Part shown: positions 44,632-51,637 of the stretch, in pieces
Layout of the letters: each line of letters starts with the position of its first letter
How positions within the stretch are numbered: the stretch's first letter is position 1
From: a bacterium
GTDB taxonomy: Bacteria > Patescibacteriota > Microgenomatia > UBA8517
Length of the DNA: 51,637 nt
Assembly (NCBI GenBank): GCA_021790215.1
Contig: JAJYIG010000002.1
Span: 1 to 51,637, forward strand
Direction of reading: 5' to 3'
Notes under the pieces: generated by a model
The model's database searches: none
What the model was told of the DNA's origin: nothing
Seen by the model: only the letters and a program-made list of their open reading frames with translations
Position numbers and translations under genes: made by a program

Positions 44632-46243
44632 TCAAAACCAATCTGACCCAAAAAGCCAGTCAGCTGTCCCTGAAACCACCACTCCGCAAACCCAATTACC
44701 AAATAAATCGGTCAGTCAACCATCCGGATTTATTCCTCCTGTAATTTCGCCGCAATCCGATCTTCCCCCACTTCCCCCAGATTTTCAGAATATGCCTAAT
44801 GCATCAAATTCCACATCTCCCAGCCTGCAAATTTCGGAAACACCCACTCCTCAAACGAACGTGCCCGAGTCGCTTTCAACCCCGGAACCCACTTCTGAGC
44901 AGACAGCTAATAGTTCAGATGTTCAACAACCAATAGCGACAGATACGGGATCAGCTGCTCCTCCTCCCAACATTCCTCCGATGACAACAGGGCATAAAAA
45001 GAAATTTGGAACAGTAAAAGTTGTTGCTACAATCTTGGGACTATTTTTACTTATCGGAGGAGTTGGGGCTGGGGTGATTCTAACCCAACAACAACAATTG
45101 TTCCAACAAAGAGCTAGAGTAATTGAGTGCACCCCAGGGGCGACAAATTCTTGCACAGTAGGCAGTAGTTGTGCCGGAACTCAAACCTGTACTTCAACCG
45201 GCAGCTGGGGATCTTGTGTCAAAAATGATTCCACCTGCGGAACTGGATTAACTGAATGCATCCCAGGGCACATAAATTCTTGCACAGCAGACAGTGGTTG
45301 TGCCGGAACTAAAACCTGTACTTCAACCGGCAGTTGGGGATCTTGTGTCAAAAATTTTTCCACCTGCGGAACTACTGGTGGAGGTGGAACAACCACTAGC
45401 TGCTCAGGTACATGCCGAAGCGCTCAATGTTTAAATGGCGAAACCCCAACTTCCGGAAGTTGCGGTGGAGGAACACAAGTTTGCTGCAAACCAATCTCAC
45501 TACCAACTTGTCCCAATACAGACTGTGATATACCTTCCACAACGGGTGGAGCTGTCCAGTGCGTGCTAAGCACAAATCCCGGCGGTAACCCAACATACTG
45601 TTGCCCCTCTTCAAATCCAGTTTACAACTCAGCCATTAAAACATGTGGTCCAATAAGCGGAGTGCCAACCTGCAGTCTCACTGGAAATGAGATATGTGTA
45701 GGTAATGTGGTAACTGGATCCTGTTACCAAGGGGGTCAGGGTGGAGCATACGCCTGCTACAAGCTCAATGGAAATCCTGGAAAGGAAGTTGGGGGTGCCA
45801 GTATAGCTAGTAGCAAATGTACATGCCCAGCACCTTACACATGGGGTCCCGTCAACGAGAATGGTGGCACATGGTGCTTTAATACAAATGTCTCATGTAA
45901 CGGCCAAGCTCCATATGCTGAAAGGTGCTCTTTGCAACCGAAACAATGCAGTACGGTACCTCCAACTTCCAATGGGGCCTACTGCACAAGTGTCAGCACC
46001 TATGATACAAGCTGGAATGTCCTTTCGGCATCCGGAAAGTCTAGCCTTAAAACTGGTAATCAACTTTACTTCTGTGTAGCTGGTGCGAATATGAACTCAG
46101 CCAGTTTCACTGTAAACAATAATGTAGTAGCTAGCCCTGCAACTACTAAAAGGCCTGGATCAACTGATATTTGTCAGCTCTACACAATTACAACTAATGA
46201 TTTTAATAGCAAGTCGTTAAGTGTCTCGGCCAAAGTACAATAA
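44624..46243 (+). CDS. Cys-rich membrane-anchored protein (disordered P/S/T/Q-rich N-terminal region, one TM helix, ectodomain of about 380 aa with more than 30 Cys)
   Basis: The ATG at 44624 overlaps the previous stop (ATGCCTAA). The TM helix is VVATILGLFLLIGGVGAGVIL. The ectodomain has repeated Cys modules (CxPGxxNSCTxxSxCAGTxTCTSTGSWGSCVKNxSTCGT, twice) and further CxxC/CC motifs. I recognise no family. Confidence 0.7.
   Translation: MPNQNQSDPKSQSAVPETTTPQTQLPNKSVSQPSGFIPPVISPQSDLPPLPPDFQNMPNASNSTSPSLQISETPTPQTNVPESLSTPEPTSEQTANSSDVQQPIATDTGSAAPPPNIPPMTTGHKKKFGTVKVVATILGLFLLIGGVGAGVILTQQQQLFQQRARVIECTPGATNSCTVGSSCAGTQTCTSTGSWGSCVKNDSTCGTGLTECIPGHINSCTADSGCAGTKTCTSTGSWGSCVKNFSTCGTTGGGGTTTSCSGTCRSAQCLNGETPTSGSCGGGTQVCCKPISLPTCPNTDCDIPSTTGGAVQCVLSTNPGGNPTYCCPSSNPVYNSAIKTCGPISGVPTCSLTGNEICVGNVVTGSCYQGGQGGAYACYKLNGNPGKEVGGASIASSKCTCPAPYTWGPVNENGGTWCFNTNVSCNGQAPYAERCSLQPKQCSTVPPTSNGAYCTSVSTYDTSWNVLSASGKSSLKTGNQLYFCVAGANMNSASFTVNNNVVASPATTKRPGSTDICQLYTITTNDFNSKSLSVSAKVQ
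45128..45373 (+). repeat. Tandem in-frame duplication (129-bp period) encoding a 6-Cys module
   Basis: Copy 1 is 45128-45244 and copy 2 is 45257-45373, separated by a 12-nt linker. I count 12 mismatches over 117 aligned nt. Confidence 0.9.
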
Positions 46244-46247
46244 AAAT

Positions 46248-46877
46248 ATGGGAAAAGTTACCAAAAGTAAATTCGGAACAATAATAATAATTATTGTGAC
46301 CCTCATTCTAGCAGGGGTTGCGATATTTACCGCCATTAGGCTTTATCAGTTAGGTCAACAGCCGGTTGCACCCAATGTTCCGTCAAGCCAGCCCAAAGCA
46401 GCAGCAGAAAATAGCACCTGCCAACTGAGTTTCAGTTTGGCTACTGCCACCCCAACTGCAACAGCCAGTCCAACAGCCAGTCCAACAGCCAGTCCGACAG
46501 CCAGTCCAACAGCCAGTCCAACAGCCAGTCCAACTGCTACACCCACAGCTCCTCCTGGAGCCACTGCCACGCCAACTGTCACCGCCACCCCAACTGCACC
46601 TCCCGGAGCTCCGAATGCTTGTGGCGGAACATGCGGAAGTAATATCAACTGCGGAAGTGGACTCTATTGCAACACAACCGTTGGCCTCTGTAGAAACCCG
46701 GCTTGCCCGAATCAAACGGATTGTAATTGCCCGGGATCAACTAATGCACCAACTCCAACATCAACCTCTGTGGCAGCAGCACCGAGCCTTCCAAGTTCAG
46801 GAACAGATTGGCCGTCAATCGTAGGCATCTCTATTGGTATACTGACAATTCTAGGAAGCCTAATCCTAGCACTATAG
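46248..46877 (+). CDS. Signal-anchored PT-repeat protein with a compact 8-Cys domain and a C-terminal LPSSG-plus-hydrophobic segment
   Basis: MGKVTKSKFGTIIIIIVTLILAGVAIFTAI... is followed by (TASP)x6 and APPGA repeats. Next come CGGTCGSNINCGSGLYCNTTVGLCRNPACPNQTDCNCPG and then LPSSG (46788-46802) with WPSIVGISIGILTILGSLILAL. I prefer the ATG at 46248 to the GTG at 46221. Confidence 0.7.
   Translation: MGKVTKSKFGTIIIIIVTLILAGVAIFTAIRLYQLGQQPVAPNVPSSQPKAAAENSTCQLSFSLATATPTATASPTASPTASPTASPTASPTASPTATPTAPPGATATPTVTATPTAPPGAPNACGGTCGSNINCGSGLYCNTTVGLCRNPACPNQTDCNCPGSTNAPTPTSTSVAAAPSLPSSGTDWPSIVGISIGILTILGSLILAL
46461..46532 (+). repeat. Six tandem copies of the 12-bp unit ACAGCCAGTCCA (one copy ends in G), coding (TASP)6
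   Basis: Read directly from the sequence at 46461-46532. The repeat is in frame within the 46248-46877 CDS. Confidence 0.95.
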
Positions 46878-46970
46878 ATGTTTTTCCTACCCCCCAAAAG
46901 GACTGAGTCATCTAGTTCTAACACAAAATGGTTTGGTTATTGCCAATTACAAAGAGATGAAGGCAGGTAG

Positions 46971-49445
46971 TTATCTCCACGAAGTGAACCAATAATAACT
47001 ACGATCAAGCCAAAGTGGGATCCGAAACCCGGCCCAATGTGGACAGTAATAAACAAAAATCAAAAGTGCAATTACAAAAAACGGAAGCACAAGCTCTTTG
47101 TTTTTCCTAAGAATATAACCTATTGCAATTGCCAAAAAGGGAACTGCCGGAAGGTAATGATATAAAAACATAATTCTCGGGGAAAGGGCCCACGGTGCAA
47201 ACATTACAAAATAGGAAAAGACGATTAACCCCAGCCTTTTATTTTTCTCCCGATATGCATAAAGAAGGCAAATTAGAATACATACAAATCCAAACCAAAA
47301 AATAACAGGGTTTCCCATTGCATAAATCCTCGCTACCATTCCACCTACGTCATTACTGGTATAAAGATATATCGGGCGAATAAGAAGCGGCCAGCTCCAC
47401 CACTGGGAGCTGTATGGATGAGTCGCAACAAGCCTTGTATGATACCACCACATTTGTTCCTGCATCCCCCACCAGATTGAAAAATTATGCCCTGTCAAAA
47501 ACATATCAAAATAGCTTCCGATATAGACCGCCGGAACTATAATAAAAAACCAGTAGAAAGTTTTCCAAATCTTACCCCAAATCTTCCTCCACGGCGTTCT
47601 TTGAAGAAAAATCATTAATAGAATCGGTGCCGCCCAGGTAGCTGACCATTTTGAAGCAAGTGCGAATCCAAAACTCAAAGCCGACAGAAAATTCCTTTTC
47701 TTGAGAAAAAGGTAGATGGAAAGAAGAGCAAAGAAAAGAATGTAGCTGTCATTCATACCGATCCTGCTCATCACCAAGGCAAGTCCGTCCAAACTAAATG
47801 CGGCCGCAGAAAAAAGTCCTACCACCTCGTCCTCAAAAATTAATTTAGCTAAAAGATAAACTAAAAATACAGACCCTACTCCAAGAATGGCTCCGGGAAT
47901 TCTCCAGCCAAACGAATTCTGTCCAAATATTATCATTCCAAGGGCCATTCCGAGTTTGGCAATAGGCGGATGCGTCCATTCATAGGCAAACCCGGGAGGA
48001 GGAGTGTTCCACCACTCCCAGGCTTTTGCTGCATCGGCACTGAGAATTACTTTTGCAGTAAAAGCGTGATAGACCTCATCAAAATACATTGTCGGGGGAG
48101 AACTTAAATCAAAAACACGGGTAATAAAGGCAAACGCCATAATTACATAAAGAACTACGCGGGCATTTTTTCCAAGAAAACCGGGTTTGGGAAACTTTTC
48201 TTTTTTTGATTTAGTCATCTGGTCTCCAAAATGCGGCCGGACAACGGGTTTGCCCAAAATTGCTTGTACTTTTTTCCAACTCAATTTCAAATTTTTGGTT
48301 AGTGCATAAAAGATAAGGGCAACAAATCCTACATTTAAAAATGACAAAAGCTTAACAGTAAAATCTGAAAAAACCTGCAGGAAGTCCTGGGAAATCCACT
48401 GGTAGGAATAATAAAGATTTAGTATATATGTCAGAGAAAAACCGACCAAGGGGATCGTAAATAAAGGTTCTTCGATAGCCACAATTGTTAGAGGTGCAAA
48501 GATGGGCAGAAGGTGTCTCTCGTGCATTCTGGTAAAGAAAACAAAGCTCCCTGCAAAAATAAAGGTAAGAAGAAGGTATGGCGCATTCTTGGTCTTCCAA
48601 AGTTTAAAACTCAAAAATATTGTTGAAATCAAAACCAGTAGGTAGCCGAGAATCTGGAAGAACACGCTGTCCTTCTTCCAAAAGCCAAAAAGTCCCCAGA
48701 AATTAAACGCATTAATCGAAGTATACGGATATTGATTAAGAGAAATTCCCAAACGTCCGTAAATAAAACTAATTAAGTTTCCGTGATTCCAAAAAGGTAC
48801 GAAGTCTAAAGCAAATATGACAAGCCCCAACGCCATGTACGTAAGAATCTTTCTTAAGTCCCATTTGTTTTTGAGCATCAAAAAGGCAATTACCGGAAAA
48901 GCGAATGCTGTTTGGGGTTTAATAAGAGTTCCGAAAGCAAGAATAAAAGCTGAGGCTAGAGGTTGAGAGTCCAAAATATAAATTGCCAAAATCGAAGTTA
49001 GGGCTGTTAGGGAGTCCACTTGTCCCCACAAGGAAGAATTTGCCCAAACCGCAGGATTAAAAAGATAGATTGATGCTCCAATTAGCCCCAATTTTTCGTT
49101 CCGCCGGATGGCAGGCAGGTTTTTAATGATGATTTTGTAGATAAAGAGTCCCGTGGCCAGGTCTGAAATTATCGCAGGTAATTTATAAAGGACTTCCTGG
49201 GGAATGACCCCGGTATTTAATTTGCCCAAGAACCACAAAACATAAAGATATCCCGGGAGATAATCGCTCCAACCATTATAAAAGGTCTTCAAACCATCCT
49301 TGACCAGAATCGAACTCCAGGCAATAAAAGTGCCTTGATCAAGCCATAAGGCTCCAAAAAAAGACAGAAAGATCCTGAGAAGAAGAGCCAAAAGCAAAAC
49401 AAAAATTATATTTTTATTTTTCTCAAAGAATTTCATATACTTCAC
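46971..49445 (-). CDS. Two-module GT-C membrane glycosyltransferase (N-terminal mannosyltransferase-like module fused to a Pmt/GT39-like module)
   Basis: This is an 824-aa polytopic ORF. The C-terminal half contains MYFDEVYHAFTAKV...EWTHPPIAKLGMALGMIIFGQNSFGWRIPGAILGV, the pattern of bacterial protein O-mannosyltransferase (PMT_2) proteins. The N-terminal half (about 400 aa) is a second multi-TM module with WSDYLPGYLYVLWFLG, resembling GT-C mannosyltransferases. Confidence 0.7.
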   Translation of the reverse strand: MKYMKFFEKNKNIIFVLLLALLLRIFLSFFGALWLDQGTFIAWSSILVKDGLKTFYNGWSDYLPGYLYVLWFLGKLNTGVIPQEVLYKLPAIISDLATGLFIYKIIIKNLPAIRRNEKLGLIGASIYLFNPAVWANSSLWGQVDSLTALTSILAIYILDSQPLASAFILAFGTLIKPQTAFAFPVIAFLMLKNKWDLRKILTYMALGLVIFALDFVPFWNHGNLISFIYGRLGISLNQYPYTSINAFNFWGLFGFWKKDSVFFQILGYLLVLISTIFLSFKLWKTKNAPYLLLTFIFAGSFVFFTRMHERHLLPIFAPLTIVAIEEPLFTIPLVGFSLTYILNLYYSYQWISQDFLQVFSDFTVKLLSFLNVGFVALIFYALTKNLKLSWKKVQAILGKPVVRPHFGDQMTKSKKEKFPKPGFLGKNARVVLYVIMAFAFITRVFDLSSPPTMYFDEVYHAFTAKVILSADAAKAWEWWNTPPPGFAYEWTHPPIAKLGMALGMIIFGQNSFGWRIPGAILGVGSVFLVYLLAKLIFEDEVVGLFSAAAFSLDGLALVMSRIGMNDSYILFFALLSIYLFLKKRNFLSALSFGFALASKWSATWAAPILLMIFLQRTPWRKIWGKIWKTFYWFFIIVPAVYIGSYFDMFLTGHNFSIWWGMQEQMWWYHTRLVATHPYSSQWWSWPLLIRPIYLYTSNDVGGMVARIYAMGNPVIFWFGFVCILICLLYAYREKNKRLGLIVFSYFVMFAPWALSPRIMFLYHYLPAVPFLAIAIGYILRKNKELVLPFFVIALLIFVYYCPHWAGFRIPLWLDRSYYWFTSWR

Positions 49446-49501
49446 AGATTATCTATATTTCTAAATTTAGGAAAAAGGTCTCGCAAAATATATAATTAGC
49501 C

Positions 49502-50680
49502 ATGGCCCATTTCTTAAAACAAAAAATCTCCCAAAAAACTCAACTTCTCCTTTTGGCAGCTATAACTTTTGTAGTTTATCTTTTAAGTTCAGGGGGAGCA
49601 ACCCCCTACAATTATTTTATCAGGCTCTCTGCCGCTTTTTTACATGGAAAATATTACCTTGAGGTAAATCCACCCTGGTTAAACGAACTTGTTCCGATTG
49701 CGGCAGGAAAATTTGCGGTTGTCTACCCGCCAGCCCCGGCAATAGTTGCAATTCCTTTTGTCTTAATCTTTGGTGTAAATTTTCAGCAGCAAATATTGTC
49801 CCAAATAATGGGAGTTTTAGCGGCTTTTATCTGGGGAATTATCACCTATCAAAAATCCAAAAATAAAGTTACTTCTATCTGGATCTTTCTCCTTGCTGCT
49901 CTCGGTAACATTGTCTGGTATATGTCCACAAACGGTTCGGTATGGTACCTGGGACAGGTTTCAGCCTACCTATTTCTTACTTTAACCATCTACGAATCAC
50001 TAAACAAAAAAAGACCGCTTATACTCGCACTCTTTTTTGGTCTGGCATTTCTTTCAAGATTACAAACCGTCCTTGCCATTCCTCTAATCTTTTATTTAAA
50101 TAGAGAAAAATTTAGAAGCATAAAAAAACTATTTTTATTCGGCCTAGGTTTTGGGTTTTTCGGAATAATTTATGCCATTTATAACTACCTGCGCTTTGGT
50201 TCGGTCTTTCAAACCGGATATGATCTTATACCCGGAGTCTTGAAAGAGCCCTGGTTTCAAAAAGGCATATTCAGTATTACTTATATCCCGAGGCACCTAA
50301 AAGTAATTTTTACCTCACTTCCAAAATTCTTAAACGGATTCCCATATTTGGAGCCCTCTTGGGGCGGGCTTGCAATTTGGATTACAACCCCGGCATTTAT
50401 TTATGCTCTTTTTGCCGGATTCCGGAAAAAGGAGGTAATTTTTTCCTGGACCTCAATTATCCTAATTGCACTTGTGGATTTCAGTCACGGTTCAACAGGA
50501 TTTGCACAATTCGGCTACAGATTTGCGGTTGACTTTTATCCGCTAATTTTTTTCCTAGTAGTTGAGGCAATCTCCAAGAAAAAAATCACATGGCACCATT
50601 GGCTTTTACTTTCTATTTCTATCCTGGTCAACTTCTGGGGAGTAATTTGGATTAATAAATTTGGATGGGTAAGTTTTTAA
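49502..50680 (+). CDS. GT-C-type polytopic membrane glycosyltransferase (ArnT/PMT_2-like)
   Basis: The 392-aa ORF has about 10 predicted TM helices. Its N-terminal loop reads PYNYFIRLSAAFLHGKYYLE.. and is followed by VVYPPAPAI. It is divergent from the fused GT gene. The family call rests on architecture and is tentative. Confidence 0.5.
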   Translation: MAHFLKQKISQKTQLLLLAAITFVVYLLSSGGATPYNYFIRLSAAFLHGKYYLEVNPPWLNELVPIAAGKFAVVYPPAPAIVAIPFVLIFGVNFQQQILSQIMGVLAAFIWGIITYQKSKNKVTSIWIFLLAALGNIVWYMSTNGSVWYLGQVSAYLFLTLTIYESLNKKRPLILALFFGLAFLSRLQTVLAIPLIFYLNREKFRSIKKLFLFGLGFGFFGIIYAIYNYLRFGSVFQTGYDLIPGVLKEPWFQKGIFSITYIPRHLKVIFTSLPKFLNGFPYLEPSWGGLAIWITTPAFIYALFAGFRKKEVIFSWTSIILIALVDFSHGSTGFAQFGYRFAVDFYPLIFFLVVEAISKKKITWHHWLLLSISILVNFWGVIWINKFGWVSF

Positions 50681-51637
50681 ATGAATAAAAACCTAAAAAA
50701 ATTACTCCTAATCCTGATAGTCAGTAGGATACTTTTACTTTTTATAACTTTTGCAGCCGGGTACTTTTTCGGCGAAGTAAACGTTATCAATTTTTTAACT
50801 AAATACGGGCTTAGGTGGGACGGCAATAGTTACATAAAGATTTCGGAATACGGATATTTTAAATATTCCACCTTCATTGTATTTCCTCCCATTTATCCGC
50901 TAGTTATAAGACCGCTTGGGCTACTTCTTAATAACTTTCCTCTAGCAGGATTGATTATGTCTAACATCTTTTTTATCTTAGGGTCACTCATTTTCTATAA
51001 ACTCCTTCTTTTAGATTATTCAGAGAAATTTTCCTTCTACACAGTGTTTCTCATATCGATATTTCCAACCTCATATTTCTTCTCAGTTACCTATCCCGAA
51101 TCCCTATTTTTCCTGATTTTCAGTGCAACTTTCTTACTTGCCCGAACTAAAAGGACAAAAATTTCCTATGCCGTATCATACTTTGCACCGTTAACCAGAC
51201 CCTTCGGACTGAGCATTTACCCGTCTCTTTTTGCGGGCTGGATTTCGGATAAGAATAAGAAATTTTCAAATCTTTTAATTCTTATCTTTTCAGGAGCCGC
51301 AGCCACCGCAACATATCTTCTGATAAATTTCATTGTGTTTAAAGATCCTTTCGCCTTTCAGCATATATTGCAAACCACCTGGCAAAAATCTTTTGCCCCG
51401 CCCTGGACGGGAATCGTTGCAAGCTGGAAAAGGGGACTATTTTCGCCGCCTTCCGATTATAAAATTTTGGTTGGATATGCGGAAGCTTTTGCCTCAACAA
51501 TTGCTTGGATTGCCGTAATCCTATCCCTGACTGTTAAAAAATTGAGGTTGAGAGTTGATTACCTAACTTATCTTGTAATCGGAGTGATCCTTTTCACCTC
51601 AACCGGATTTATATTAAGCGCGCCTCGATACCTTCTT
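50681..51637 (+). CDS. PIG-V/Gpi18-like mannosyltransferase-family membrane protein (3' end beyond the window)
   Basis: It is absent from the ORF track because there is no stop in the window. The ATG at 50681 immediately follows the previous TAA. The frame stays open for 319 codons: MNKNLKKLLLILIVSRILLLFITFAAGYFFGE...LRWDGNSYIKISEYGY...FPPIYPLVIRPLG.... The WDGxxYxxIxxxGY motif plus multiple TM helices is characteristic of this GT-C family. Confidence 0.6.
   Translation, partial: MNKNLKKLLLILIVSRILLLFITFAAGYFFGEVNVINFLTKYGLRWDGNSYIKISEYGYFKYSTFIVFPPIYPLVIRPLGLLLNNFPLAGLIMSNIFFILGSLIFYKLLLLDYSEKFSFYTVFLISIFPTSYFFSVTYPESLFFLIFSATFLLARTKRTKISYAVSYFAPLTRPFGLSIYPSLFAGWISDKNKKFSNLLILIFSGAAATATYLLINFIVFKDPFAFQHILQTTWQKSFAPPWTGIVASWKRGLFSPPSDYKILVGYAEAFASTIAWIAVILSLTVKKLRLRVDYLTYLVIGVILFTSTGFILSAPRYLL

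Noticed and set aside
44990-46330. I considered a type IV prepilin-like signal (KKKFG|T..., KSKFG|T...) at the N-termini of the Cys-rich and PT-repeat proteins.
   Set aside because: After the Gly there is no F/M at +1 and no Glu at +5. In the Cys-rich protein the motif lies about 130 residues from the N-terminus. These look like ordinary signal anchors, not PilD substrates.
46355-46924. Minus-strand ORFs (46355-46648, 46383-46715, 46712-46924) and the plus-strand ORF 46615-46824 overlap the PT-repeat gene.
   Set aside because: They are artefacts of the repetitive ACAGCCAGTCCA/GC-rich segment. The plus-strand frame has a signal anchor, a Cys domain and a C-terminal anchor, and it fits the operon spacing.
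1-51637. I searched for CRISPR arrays, tRNA or rRNA genes, transposases, integrases and phage genes.
   Set aside because: The only direct repeats are short, in-frame coding repeats (12, 51 and 129 bp). No intergenic region showed tRNA-like acceptor/T-arm features or IS-type terminal repeats with a transposase ORF.

Overview
The window is a contiguous chromosomal segment of a small-genome bacterium. It uses the standard code: TGA ends infB and nusA at the expected positions, and TAA/TAG end most other genes.

Positions 1-41106 are almost entirely minus-strand housekeeping genes:
- the S10/str/rpoBC block (rplD', rplC, rpsJ, tuf, fusA, rpsG, rpsL, rpoC, rpoB);
- envelope and division genes (mltG, ruvX, a sortase, a large membrane protein, alaS, a RodZ-like protein, ftsK);
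- RNA and DNA turnover genes (rnj, family-4 UDG, a YfcE-like phosphoesterase, a stand-alone Lon-type AAA+ module, pnp, rpsO);
- infB and nusA, a complete hrcA-grpE-dnaK-dnaJ operon with a CIRCE operator, and murJ.

From 41240 the strand flips to plus. rpsT is followed by a six-gene cassette that looks accessory. It holds a PilN-like and a PilO-like protein, a small membrane protein, an FN3/Ig-type LPVTG-anchored surface protein, a large Cys-rich membrane protein with a recent internal duplication, and a PT-repeat/Cys-knot protein ending in LPSSG. Three GT-C membrane glycosyltransferase genes follow at 46971-51637.

Several proteins are minimal forms: AlaRS without C-Ala, a 470-aa IF-2, a 248-aa HrcA and a zinc-finger-less DnaJ. 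Together with the sortase and pilus-alignment genes, this suggests a Candidate Phyla Radiation/Patescibacteria-type monoderm. That placement is inference only.

The most noteworthy observations are:
1. the PilN/PilO-headed surface-protein cassette and its adjacent glycosyltransferases;
2. a roughly 1-kb insertion that splits rpsG from fusA, carrying a TrpR/YerC-like regulator flanked by two long perfect palindromes with the shared core TAGTTCGAACTA;
3. an unexplained 330-nt structured spacer between rpsJ and rplC.

I found no CRISPR array, tRNA, rRNA or recognisable mobile element.
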